From positions 105,774,001 through 105,838,000 of the forward strand of contig NC_058368.1 of the NCBI RefSeq assembly GCF_018350175.1: a DNA stretch of 64,000 nucleotides. The letters run 5' to 3'. Made by a program: the position numbers and the translations under genes. How positions within the stretch are numbered: the first letter of the stretch is position 1; each line of letters starts with the position of its first letter. Source of the DNA: Felis catus (lineage: Eukaryota). A model generated the notes under the pieces. It was not told the origin of the DNA and did not search any database. It saw nothing but the letters and a program-made list of their open reading frames with translations. Positions 1-12,500 of the stretch are shown here, in pieces.

Positions 1-220
1 CTCTGACAACATAAAACAAACCCAGATGGCTTGTGAAACTGAAGTCTTTGCAAAGAGCACCTGGTCTATCAATCCCTCAATAGTGGTACCATTTATTTTA
101 AACAACCTTTTCAGCCATTTACCCAATGGTTTTATAATCGTTGCCATCTTCATACGTGTTTGGGCTATTCTGTTATTATAAAGGAGCACTGTATTGTGCC
201 TTCAAAAATCCAAGGCTTAC

Positions 221-346
221 CGATGCACCGAGAGCCATCTGTTGAGGTTACATATCCACGTGGACAAACGCAAAAATAGCTTCCCACGGTGTTGGAACAT
301 TCGCCAGTCACACATATCCCAGGAATGACGCTGCACTCATCGATGT
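221..346 (-). CDS. FBN2: Fibrillin-2 coding exon (probably exon 8 in human numbering), calcium-binding EGF domain
   Basis: The reverse strand reads (D)[41 protein letters not shown], a cbEGF consensus with 6 Cys. Acceptor is cttcccttgattag|AC at 347/346 and donor is G|gtaagc at 221/220. Length 126 nt, phase 1-1. Confidence 0.96.
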
Positions 347-2754
347 CTAATCAAGGGAAGGAGGAAAAGATGATTGAGAAAGGCCTCCATTAAATAGCTT
401 TTACAAGGGATTTTTTTTTTTAAAGAGTATCAGAGTACTCATGGTTGATTAGGTCAGATCATATAACCCTGAATATATTCTTGTTTCAGACCCTGAAGAA
501 TTTCTCACACACATCTATGGGAACTGAGATGAAAGCAAACTCCCATGGCAGTAAAACAACGCCAACTAAAGCAAAACTCTATATCCTTTTCTCCCCCCCA
601 AATGCAACTTAAATTGAAAATAAGTAAAAATGTCAATGTTTTAGTTTCCATTCTACATCAATTAGGAATTATCCTACTACGGTTTTTAAAAAACACATAC
701 GGGATTACATTTTAAAATGTGGAATAACTAAATACATTTAAAAATTTATAGCTAATTTTCACACTAATTATTTGAGCCAACAGAGGCAGCACAATTTTTT
801 TTTTTTTTCTATTTGGCTTCAGGATATGTTTTCGTACTTCCATTTGAATATGGGTATATTTGACATTCTGGGAATTAACTTTAAATCTAGAATAATACAG
901 AAACATGGCAGAGGGCAAACTTGGGAGGCTTTGGGAGGTGTCCAGTTTTCCTATTGTACCTCCCTGCACTTACCCGTTCAGCTTACTCAATGCTGGGACT
1001 AGTCTATCCCCTTACACGTTAATCAAAGGTCTGCTTTCTTTTAAGCTTTCACTAAAGCAGAAAACCTGGCCATTTACATAAGCCTTAATCTATTTTTCTT
1101 CTAGTTCAGTAAGCAGAGAAAGGTCGAAAGTCAAACAAAACTACAATTAGGTACACTGGGAGCTAATTGCTAATACATTTACAAGGAAATGAGCAATTGT
1201 AAGGGAAACCCAGTAGTTGGCCATCTTCTTTAAAGCACAAAGACCAATGAATACAGGGAAAAGTCATAAACGTGGATGATTACTGACCAGCAAACCTGAG
1301 CTTTTAGATTCTTTTGTTTTTTTTTATTTGCATATATATTTTTTAATGTACCAAAACAGGAAAAAATTATATTCTTGTAAATATAAGGAAAGAAATTTTA
1401 AACCCCACAATTTTCAGAAACGGTTGGCAATCTCTTTTTTGAATTCCTCTATTAATCTAATCATTCTTTTTTTCCCCATTTAGTCTGACAAGTTACTCTT
1501 GCCTACAAGCTGCGTCATGAAATAACTATAAGCCTGTGTGTCTTCTTGGAATGTTCTCATAAAAAAATTTATCAGATTCAGACATTCCCTGAAATAATAT
1601 CTTCATTTGAGGTTTAGCAGTTAGCCACTGAAGGCACAGTGGTACAAATCAAAATTGACCAATTCCCTAGAGAGAATTGGGAATTCTCTCTCTAAGAGAG
1701 AGCAGAATTCTAACATGAACTGACTTCATGAGAAGCAAATACATAATGTGGTGCTGTTACCATCAGATTTAATCCAACAAAATGAAACCATGTGTGCAAA
1801 ATTAGGACCTATTGCATCTTATACTGCTATCTAAGTGCAGTGCTTCTTAATAAAACTGAACGTGGATTCAGAACAGAAAGGAGGCTAGAAATTTACACTT
1901 TAATCACCAAATATATTGATCAATCACTCCAGGATAAGGAACACTATAAAAGAGAACAGAACACAGTAAAGTAGGAAGCAGCACAAAGGTGAAACACCAC
2001 AAGTTGCCTTCGGATCCTTTAAAGTCATACCCACAGTCAAGGCACTTATGAAGACCAGGATTGATCTAAATTCTTAAAAATTAGAAACCTTAAGTCCTTC
2101 ATTTAAGCATTAACTCTTATTTCTAGGCATTTCCTTTCATAATAAAGAGCTTCTTTGTGCTCTATTTCCAAATACCTTCCTTAACAACAAAGAGTAGAAA
2201 ACTGAAAGATGTTTGACATTTTTCTTTTTCCTTAAAAAATCTCGAACAGAGAGGAACACATGGAGTGATATTAAATTTGTGGTTTTGTGTTAAATATTTT
2301 ACTGTACAAAAACTCCATGTTTCAAAATTCTTAGAATTAACTACAAACCTTAAAAAAGTTAGCTTCCAAGTAATTGTATGTAAAAGGCTCCCGCTCAAGT
2401 ATTTAGGAATCCTAGATGAAAAATAGGAATTTATTTCATTTTTGGGTAGACTCCCTACCCTAATTTTTAAAATTCAGTGCTTTATTTTTAACTGACCAAA
2501 ACACTCTGCATTTCAATGCAGTCATGCCCAATATTTATTCATCAATTAATATTTAAATTTATCATTAATGTTTATGGTAAGAAGGATGTGTGCAAATATA
2601 AAGTATACACTGCATGGTGAGATATACATAAGTGTGTCTAAGGGTGAGGAGTGTATTCACAGGAAGAGGCAAAGTCTTAATAAAAGGAGTTGGTTTCATT
2701 CATCCTCTGCATATCTGATGTGCCTCCACCCACATTCCCTTGAAATATTTTCTA

Positions 2755-3260
2755 AGTTTATTTATCAGTTTGGAGGCTTTTGTGGGCAGATATCAGAAAA
2801 ACTGGTCTAAATGGACATAAAGGAAATATTTAACAGCTTACGTATTTGGATGTCCATAGGCATGGACGTCAGGATTGGTTTAAGCCAAGGTCTGTTGCTC
2901 AGTTTCTCTGAGATGTGTTCAACTATGCACTCCTCTGTGCTTTGACTTGATTCTTAGACTGCCTTCCTTGATGGGAGCAAAAAGGCTGTAGCAATTCTAG
3001 CCTAGACCTTTGACTAGGACATCTAGTTAGAAGAGAGGGTGTCTCTTCCCAGGGCTTTCTCTTAGGAGAGAGAAAACGTTTTCCCACGAGCACCCGCAAA
3101 TCTTCTCTTTTGTCCTAATGTTTTGATCTATATTCCTTTAGCCAGGAGAATATGCTGATTGGCAAAGGGCTGGAGTCCTGAACCAATTACTGTGGCAAGT
3201 AGAATGCAGTCAGTTTTAGACTAATAAAGAACAACAAGAATAGAAACCAGCATGGGTGAG
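2755..3260 (-). mobile_element. Old MaLR (MLT1J/K/L-like) LTR fragment
   Basis: Recalled MLT1-antisense motifs such as aaggctgtagcaattctagcct and cctgaaccaattactgtggcaag. Very degenerate, boundaries approximate. Confidence 0.5.
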
Positions 3261-3349
3261 TATATCTGAAAATATAGCACAGTTGGAGCATGGAAAGTAT
3301 ACCAGAATGGGTAGGAAGTTGACAGAAGAGAAGTTTAGCTAGTTAGCCA

Positions 3350-4100
3350 TACTATGAACCCTGGAGAGTCCTCCCAAGGACTTTGACTTTTATTCGGAGG
3401 TGATTTATGGTGTCTATGAAGGAGTTTAAATTAAGTAAAAACATTATGTAAGCAAATCAATATTTTAGAAAGGTAATTCTTGTGTTTAATGTAGACAATG
3501 AATAGTCCAGTGATCAGTGATGACAGCATGGAGGAGGCTTTATGATGAGGAAGAGAATACATATTCATGAGACACGAGGAAGGAGAAATCAACAGGATTT
3601 TTGCAACAGGATTGTAAACTTTTAGCTTGATTAGCGAGGGAGACAATGGTAGTGCTATTAACAGAGAATGGGACATGGAGGAACATTTTGAGGTTAAGCC
3701 AGGTTTTGGCTTTTTTGAACTTGAGATTTTTATGAGAAATGGGCAGCAATTCCAACTACATAGCTACAAAATTGAAACTTATATATAAGGGGTAAAGATG
3801 TACATTTGTTACTTATCACCAACTCAATGGACTATATTTGAAGTTGTAACCATAAATGAGATGTCCAAAGAAGATACATGAATGAAAAGAGTTGAATCTA
3901 AGGAGGGAACTTGTGAGAACCACCACCATATAACAAAAGAAAGCCAAAGGAAGCAAAGTCAGCATAGGAGACTGGGAAGGAAAAATGAAGGAGAGAAGAG
4001 GGAGAGTATGAGGAATGGAGGTGAGCAACAACACTGTCAAAAGGAGAGGGTTGTTGGGTGTGCCATGGAAGGACTGGAAAGAGCTTGGAAATTTGAAGAA
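3350..4100 (-). mobile_element. Degenerate L2 fragment
   Basis: Purine-rich L2-like motifs (aaggactttgacttttattc, ttttagcttga…atggtagtgctattaacagaga, aatgagatgtccaaagaag). Confidence 0.55.
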
Positions 4101-4729
4101 GTTGAATACAGATTTTTTTTTAAAAGAGAATTAGATCTAAGCAAAACCATCTGATAGATTTGACTGCCAAACCACAGAACCTCATATTTGTCAACCAACA
4201 TTTACAACATTTACTGTAAATCTTACTCTAAGCAGAATATAATGAATAATTTGATAAGCAGTGCTAAGTGTGATCTCAGATATCACTGAATTCTAAGAAC
4301 ATTGCCCTAGAGATTCTGTCAATCCCAATATGGACATCATATGATAAAGCAGTCCCTGTAACAATTATGTTACAGAGAACTTAGAACAAACAAAACAAGA
4401 CATTTTGTTTTAAACAAGTGTTTGTATTTTATTTCCATCAATGCCAAGGAACTACATGTATTTGGTCTAGTCTGCATACTTTTCTTTTTGGTATAGGAAA
4501 AAAGTGTATTTCCATTTTACATTGAACCATGAATATGCTATTTAAGTTTATGACTAAATTTTAAGTGCAACAAATGGCTACCTTCTTCAAGCCTTTATGA
4601 GGACAACAGTCATTATCAAAATGGCAAAATAAGCTGTAATGGAAAATTAACGTTTGCTTTCCCCTTTTCAGATTTTGAAAGTATGGTGTGTATTACTTGT
4701 ACTCAGAATTCCACTGATTATTCATAAAC

Positions 4730-5280
4730 AGATTTACTGAAATATAATATTATATGGTAGTACAATTCACCCACTTACAGTGAAAAATTAAATGGTTTTT
4801 TAGTTCATCTACAGGGTTGTACAACCACCACTACAACTTATTTTTAGAACATGTTCATTCCCCCAGAAGTACTTCCATCCCAGCACTCTCCTGACCTGCC
4901 TCGATGCTTCAGAGAGTAAGTAACCTAACTAAAAAATCCACAACTAATAACAACTCATCCGTCTCTATAGGGTTGCCTGTTCTAGACATTTCATATAAAT
5001 GGAATCATAAAATGTATGGTTTTTCGTGACTGGCATCTTTCACTTAGCATGTTTTCAATGTTTCTCAATGTTGCGGCATATATTAGTACCTTATTCCTTC
5101 TAATTGCTGAATAATATTCCATTGTATGGATATATCACATTTTATTCATTCATTCCTCAGTTGGTGGATATTCAAGCTGTTTCCATCTTTTTGGCTGTTG
5201 TGGATAAAGCTGCTATGAACACTTGGGTACCAGTTTTATGTGGACATATGCTCTAATTTCACTTGGGTATACATCTAGCC
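4730..5280 (-). mobile_element. Old L1 (L1MB/L1MC-like) 3' end fragment
   Basis: Antisense L1 3'UTR motifs: ctagacatttcatataaatggaatcat, ttcacttagcatgttttc, gctgaataatattccattgtatggatata. Confidence 0.8.
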
Positions 5281-5289
5281 TGGGTATCA

Positions 5290-5347
5290 CAGCCTGAGCT
5301 GAAATCAAGAGTCGGATGCCCAACTAATGGAGCTACCCAGGCGCCCC
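5290..5347 (-). mobile_element. CAN-SINE 5' fragment
   Basis: ctgagctgaaatcaagagtcggatg…cccaggcgcccc is the reverse complement of the SINE head. Confidence 0.75.
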
Positions 5348-5362
5348 AGAATTTTACTTTTG

Positions 5363-5502
5363 ATGGGGTTTAAAGAGTACACTTAACACGATGAGTACTG
5401 AACAATGTACAGAAGTGCTGAATCACTAAAGAGTACACCTGAAGCTAATATAAAACTGTATGTTAACTATACTGGAATTAAAATTAAAAGCTTAATAAAA
5501 AT
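5363..5502 (+). mobile_element. Heavily 5'-truncated carnivore L1 3' end with TSD
   Basis: L1 3' terminus (…acacctgaagctaatataaaactgtatgttaactatactggaattaaaat) flanked by the 13-bp direct repeat AATTTTACTTTTG at 5350-5362 and 5503-5515. Confidence 0.85.
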
Positions 5503-5982
5503 AATTTTACTTTTGGTAACAATATCTGCCAATGTTGATAAACACAGGGCTAAGGTAAGAACAGGGCAGGGACAGTAGAGATAATAACATGGTCCAGGCT
5601 GCAGTTAATGAGGGGGGACTAGGAAAGGAAATAATAAATGAAAGAAACGTCCTGAAAGTCAAAGCAAGAATAAGAGAAAGGGATGGTAAGATTTCATTAT
5701 TGAACTTATATTAACAAAATTAATAAAATCAAGGAAAAATATTTTGGGGGAAGTTGATGGTTTCATCACTAACATTTTGAGCTAATAATATCTAGAAAGT
5801 AGCTGAAAATCCAAGGTAGATCTTTATAAAGGGACCAGCAGCTATAGATAAACACAGATGAAACCATCAGTGTGAAGTGAGTGAAGAAAATAAAGAAAAG
5901 AGAGATCACCAGGATTACTGAAAAGTGATTTAAATTTTATTTATTCATTTTTTTTAACAATTTATATATTAAAGAGGTCAAA

Positions 5983-6463
5983 TGTGACAGGCAGGACAGT
6001 GACTCTACCAATGAAGTCAGAGTCCTAATCCTGGGAACCTATGAATATGTTAGTTCATATGACAAGGGAGAATCAAGATTGCTAATCAACTCATCTTGAG
6101 ATGAGGAGACAGTCTTGGATTATCTGGTCCTGGGTCCAATATAATCAAGAGTTCTTATAAGTGGGAGATCATGTAGAAATGTCAGATCCGGAGAGAGATT
6201 TGAAGATGCTACACCATTAACTTTGAAGACGGAAGGGGGCCACAAGCCAGTAACGAAGGAAGTTTCTAGAAATCAGGTAAGTAAAGAAAATGAATTCTCC
6301 CCTAGACACTGCAGAAGGAATAGGCTGTCCTGCTGATACCTTGACTTCAGCCTGGTGAGACCCATTCTGGACATGTGATTTCCAAACAGTAAAAAAATAA
6401 CTCTGTGTTTTAAGTCACTAAGTTTTTGGTAATATGTTATAGCAAAATTAGGAAACTAAGACA
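5983..6463 (+). mobile_element. MaLR solo LTR (MLT1D-like)
   Basis: Begins TGTGACAGGCAG and ends ggaaactaagACA. MLT1 motifs include gtcctaatcctgggaacctatgaatatgtta and tgttttaagtcactaagt. Near-TSD TCAAA/TCAAG. Confidence 0.85.
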
Positions 6464-6964
6464 TCAAGGAATAATATTTAAGAAGGAAAAGGGTAACCAA
6501 GAATGATAAATGCTACGAAGGATTCATGAGAACAAAGGCAATTTTACAAAGGGGTAAGAAATAATTGGTGGGGTGGTAGTGAGATTGCTGCTACAGACTA
6601 TGCTTTTAGGAAACTTCACAGTGAACAAAGTCAGAAAGAATATAGTGACAGGAGACTAAAGAGAAAGTGGACAGAGGTTTGATGTAGATGGCCTTGATTG
6701 TAGATAAGACAAAGAGTCAGGAAAGAGAAGAGACACAAGTTAGAAACTGAGCCAATTAACAGCAAGAGTCAGGAGTCTTAGAAAGGTGATGGAATAAAGT
6801 ACAGAGCTGAAACATTCTGCTCTGGAAAGATGGGAAGACACTTCATCAAAGGCAGGAAATATGGAAAACAGGGTTGTAGTAAGAGAATCTGAGGTTGAAT
6901 AAGTTCATGTCAAATAGCTTCAGTCTTTTAGGTAAAATAAAGGATAGATGTTACAAAACTTTAA

Positions 6965-6967
<3 letters not shown>

Positions 6968-7004
<37 letters not shown>
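6968..7004. repeat. (CA)n microsatellite
   Basis: Direct reading. Confidence 0.98.
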
Positions 7005-7010
<6 letters not shown>

Positions 7011-8538
7011 CCTGGAAGGCTTACTAAACATGCAGATTGTGACTTCCAGTCAAGATGCTCTGGTACCCCTCTGCTCCAATCACATAATAGTGACAGATGA
7101 CATACAAAAATAAAAAAATAAAAATAAAACAAGAGACCCAGCTGGTTGCAAAACACGAGATAAATGTTTCCTTGGACACAAACAGAATTTCATAGCAGTG
7201 AGCAGAGCTGAAACCTGGGGTCTGCGGGACTCCTTCTCCAGAAGCTGGCGCTGGTAGCTGAGAGATCAGAGTTATACCTGATGTCAATGTGGTGTGACCA
7301 ATACTATGAGCAGTGCAAAGAGCAGCGCAGCATGAAAGGGAAACACAGAAGAGAAATGGGTTAGGACAGACTTCCACAGGACATTCATAGTCACACCAAA
7401 ACATGTCAGAAAACAGGCCCCCACCAGGCTACGAAGATAAGTGGAGTACTGTCTTCCAGGCAGAGGGAAGAGCACACACAAAAGGTGAGGCAAGAAGGGC
7501 ATGATTTATTTGAGGAAGTAAATGTTGATGGACTGAATCAAAGAGTGCATAGAAAGAAAGGAAGCTAGAGAGGAAAGCAGAGGATGGTCATGCAGGAATT
7601 TTATCAAGAAGTTGGGGGACTCAAACACAGGAGGGACATGGCCAACCATGGACTTTGGAAAGATCACTGTGCCTACAATGTGGACAAAGGACCACGGTGG
7701 GACAAGTAGGAGATAGGGAGATCCCAAAGAAAGGTGCCTCAGTAATCCAAGAGATAATGGGGAAGAAAGGACAGTCATGTCAGGAAAGGGAGGAGTCAAG
7801 AGCGGCCCCAGCTTCAGGAGTGCAATGAGGTATATGGGAAGCACTGGTAAGGTACACACCCACAGGCTGGGTCCGGAGGTGCTACAGACAATATCTGTGC
7901 ATGCTTCGGCTGACATAACTGTGGGGTGGTGTACAGGCCTACTGGGAGGCTGTACACGAAGGAAGGAGATACAGGAGACAGACACAGGCACTCCAGTGAT
8001 GGGGGCTGGGGGCAGGCAACCGCATGTAGATAATTTTTTTCTGCAGGAATACCAGGCAAGCTACGGAGTAGGAAAAGCCTACCTGGTAATCTTGATGAAA
8101 TGAGTTTCACGTGACTGCACAGACGGCAGAGGGTTCTAGAATAAGTCAGAACAGAGCCTAACTGTAGATAATTCCCAAGTCTGATGTGGAAAAGAAAGAA
8201 AAGAGAGGGCAGTAGCTCAAAATGAAGATAGAAAGGGAAAGATATCTTTTTAGGATGATGGAAAATACCCCAATCCACTGTATATCCACTGTACAGGGAT
8301 GCTGTCTATCATTTACTATCAATATGCTTGTGGTACCTCAGCATTTCACTATAGTACTATTATATATTCCTTCGTAGTCCCTCTTTCCTCTTGTTATTAA
8401 TCTTAAGGAAGTACATTTAAAATAGTCTCTGTGCGTTAACCTTAATGAGCACTAAAGGGACTTTTTAATTAACTGCTTTGTTTTTGTTTTTGTTGGTTTT
8501 TTTTTTTTGTTATTTATTTATTTATTTTTTTTGGTCTG

Positions 8539-8763
8539 GGGGCATCTGGGTGGCTCAGTTGGTTAAACGTCTGATTCTTGATTTCAGCTCGGGTCATGAT
8601 CTCATGGTTCATGGGATTGAGTCCCACGTCAGGCTCTGTGCTGACAGCACACAGCCTGCTTGGGATTCCCTCTCTCTCTCTCTGACCCTCCTCCATGCAC
8701 ATCCTCTCTCTGTCTCTCTCTCTCCCTCCCTCCCCCTCAAAATAAACAAACTTTTTTAAAAAA
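8539..8763 (+). mobile_element. CAN-SINE (SINEC, older subfamily)
   Basis: ggggcatctgggtggctcagttggttaa head, (CT)n tract and A-rich tail. Confidence 0.95.
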
Positions 8764-9593
8764 GTTCTTTTGTCTCTTTAGGCAGAATAATGACATTATT
8801 TAAAAAGACCACTTCTATAGCCACGTAACAAATGCTTCTCTTTTGGCTTGAAATCAATACTGCATCTTTCTAAACACTCATTTGGATTAACTGATGCATG
8901 AAGTAACAGCAGCAAGAGGCACTTGCATTACTGGGCTTTCTAAGATTAAAACAACAGTTGGAAAGCTATTGCTATTTCAAAAGACATAAAAGTCACTGAA
9001 TACCCAGGCAAACAACAGGAGCTTACATTTTTGGTCTGCATCCCCCAATGGTATTTCTTGGGAAGCGTAGATATTTACCAGAAGGGGTTTTCCTTTCCTT
9101 TCCTTTCTCTCTTTTTCCAGTTTACACAGGGTGGAAACATCATGTTACCCTTTTAAACAAGTAAGATGAAATCCTCTACAAGTTCTGAAACAATGAAGAC
9201 TTAAATTGAGGATGCTGAGCTTCTAGAGGAGAATATTTTTAACAACTGAGTGGTGAGCTGTTAAAACTATGTCCTCCAGAAGCTTTCTTTCTTCCCATCC
9301 TTTCTGCCCTCCACAACTGCCTTAAACATTTAAATACAGGGAAATTAAATTGAAAGCCTCCTTTAATGTTGGGTAAAACCTACAATTTGAACAACAAAAA
9401 AGTCAGGAAATTCCAAAGTTAAATTTGCTATAACCATTTGGACTTGGCCAAAATGCAAGAATTTAATATCTTCTGTTCCCTTTTTTTTCTTGTTAAGCGT
9501 TAGGACATTGAGATGTAATTATAAAACCCTCAGGATCTCAAGATGTATTTTGGCTTAATACAGTAAAACCCTTGATTTAAGAAAACTTTATCA

Positions 9594-12500
9594 GGGGAGG
9601 AATTAAGATGGTGGGGCAGCAGGGAGACCCCTAGTTTATCTCCTCCCTGAAACACAGCTTGACCAGCACCAAACCATTTTTGCACACCTAGGAAATTAAT
9701 CTGAGGATTAACACAACAATGTGCATAACTTGAGAGAAAAGCTGAAGAGAGCAAGAAGCTGTTTTTGTGGAGAGAGGACAGAGGAGAGGGGGAAAAAGAA
9801 CAGCAGAGGGGAGACAGCAGTGCACTGGGAAAGTGCAGAAAATACATTCCCCCAAAAGGAATTGGAGAGAAAAAGAGACAAAGAGTAAAAACACTCGCAA
9901 GTGATTGAACAAGAAATCTGTTCCCCAAAACCACTGATAGGAAGAAAAGGGAGGGTTTCATTACCACCAGGATCGTACTAACAGTGGAGTGCAGAGTCTG
10001 AAGTTCTGGAAGCTCAGTGCCTGGAGGTGCTCTGGTGAGAAGTAGGGCGGGGAGCAGGCAGTGGGGTCTGAGGGGTCCATGTGATACATGGGGAGAAGTG
10101 GTTCCCCTGCTTGAAACGCATTTGGTAGAGGCCATATGGCCTCCTCACAGGCAAAGGTACCAGCAGACCCCACAGAGCAGGCAAATTTGCTGCAATTGGG
10201 AAAAGGCACCAGAGTGCGGTAAAACCTGGCACCAGCTGTGTGTTGTCCTTTGCCCCAGTCTCTGAACCTCTACCACTGCAGGATCACACAAACATTTTCT
10301 GGGGCAAGGTGGTACCTGGCCATTGCTAAGTGAGATCCTCACCCCAAGAGTCGGTGTGAATCCAAGCTGCAGAATCTCTGAAGTGTGGGGTTTTAAAACA
10401 CAACCCCATATGAGATAAAACTCATCTATATGCAGCTTACAAGAGACCCATTATAGACCTAAAGACACCTGCAGATTGAAAGTAAGAGGATGGAGAATGA
10501 TCTATTATGCTAATGGCTGTCAAAAGATAGCTGGAGTAGCTATACTTATATCAGACAAACTAGATTTTAAAATAAAGACTGTAACAAGAGATGAAGAAGG
10601 GCATTCTATCATAATTAAGGGGTCTATCCACCAAAAAGATCTAACAATTATAACTATTTATACTCTCAATATGGAAGCACCCAAATATATAAATCAATTA
10701 ATCACCAACATAAAGAACTCATTGATAATAATACCATAATACTAGGGGACTTCAACACCCCACTTTCAGCAATGGACAGACCATCTAAGCAGAAAATCAC
10801 AAGGAAACAATGGCTTTGAATGACACAATGGACTGGGTGGGCTTAACAGATATATGCAGAACATTACATCCTAAAGCAGCAGCACACACATTCTTCTCTA
10901 GTACACATGAAACATCCTCCAGAACAGATCACATACTGGAACACAAATCAGCCTTCAACAAGCACAAAAATATTGATTATATCTTGCATATTTTCAGACC
11001 ACAATGCTGTGAAACTTGAAATCAACCACAAGAAAAATTTTGGAAAGACCATGAATACATGGAGATTAAAGAACATCCTACTAAAGAATGAATGGGTTAA
11101 CTGAGAAATTAAAGAGGAAAATAAAAAGTACATGGAAGCCAATGAAAATGAGAACATGACAGCCCCTAACCTCTGGGATGCAGCAAAGGCAGTCATAAGA
11201 GGGAAGTATATAGCAATCCAGCAATCCAGCCCTTCCTAAAGAAGAAAGAAAGGTCTCAAATATACAACCTAACTTTATACCTAAAAGAGCTGGAAAAAGA
11301 ACAGCAAACAAGGCCCAAAAAAGGCGGAATAAGGGAAATAATAAAGATTAGAGCAGAAATCATTGATATAAAATAAAAAATAAAAAACAAAAAAACAAGA
11401 AAAACACAGTAGAACAGATCAATGAAACCACGAGCTGGTTCTTTGAAAGAATTAACAAAATTGATAAACCCCTACCCAGTTTGATCAAAAAGAAAAAAGA
11501 AAGGACCCAAATAAATAAAATCACAAATGAAAGAGAAGAGATCACAACCAACAATGCAGAAATACAAACAACGATAAGAGAATATTAGGAGCAATTATAT
11601 GCCAATAAATTGGGCACTCTGGAAGAAATAGGTAAATTCCAAAAACGTATCAACTACCAAAACTGAAACACAAAAAAATAGAAAAGTTGAACAGACCCAT
11701 AACCAGTAAAGCAACCCAATTGGTAATAAAAAATTTCCCAACAAAAAAGAGTCCAGGGCCATCTGTCTTTGCACGGGAATTCTATCAAACATTTAAAGAA
11801 GAGTTAGCACCAATTACGTTGAAGCTGTTGCAAAAAAATAGAAATGGAAGGAAAACTTCCAAACTCATTCTATGAAGCCAGCATTACCTTGATTCCAAAA
11901 CCAGATGAAGACCCCACTAAAAAGGAGAACTACAGCCCAATTCCCCTGATGAACATGGATACAAAAATTCTCGACAATATATAAACAAACTGGATCCAAC
12001 AATACATTCAAAGGATTATTCACCACAATCGAGCAGGATATATTCCTGGGATGCAAGGCTGGTTCAATATCTGCAAATCAATCAATGTGATACATCACAT
12101 TAATAAAAGAAGAACTAAGAACCACATGGTTTTCTCAATAGATGCAGACAAAGCAGTTGACAAAATACAGCATCCTTTCTTGATAAAAACTCTCAAGAAA
12201 GTAGGCACAGAAGGATCATACCTCAAGATCAGAAAAGCCATATATACAAGACCCACTGCTAATATCATCCTCAATGGAGAAAAACTGAGAGCTTTCCCCC
12301 TAAGGTCAGGAACATGACAGGGACATCCACCCTCACCACTGTTATTCAACAAAGTGTTGGAAATCCTAGCCTCAGCAATCAGACAGCACAAAGAAATAAA
12401 AGGCATCCCAACTGGCAAGGAGGAAGTCAAACTTTCACTCTTCACAGATGACATGATAATCTACATGGAAAACCCAAAAGATTACACTAAAAAAACTGCA

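Noticed and set aside
7506..8278. Overlapping 108-161-aa ORFs
   Set aside because: They lie in degenerate purine-rich, L2-like sequence with no domain or convincing splice structure.
9565..9593. A defined TSD for the large L1
   Set aside because: Two partial candidates exist (aaaacccttgattt and …tttatca), and both match the 3' flank imperfectly after removing the SINE, so I cannot call one.
9530..10135. 201-aa minus-strand ORF in the L1 5'UTR (ORF0-like?)
   Set aside because: It is low-complexity L/S/P/F-rich sequence from a purine-rich template and runs out of the element into flanking DNA. ORF0 is described for primate L1s, and nothing here supports translation.
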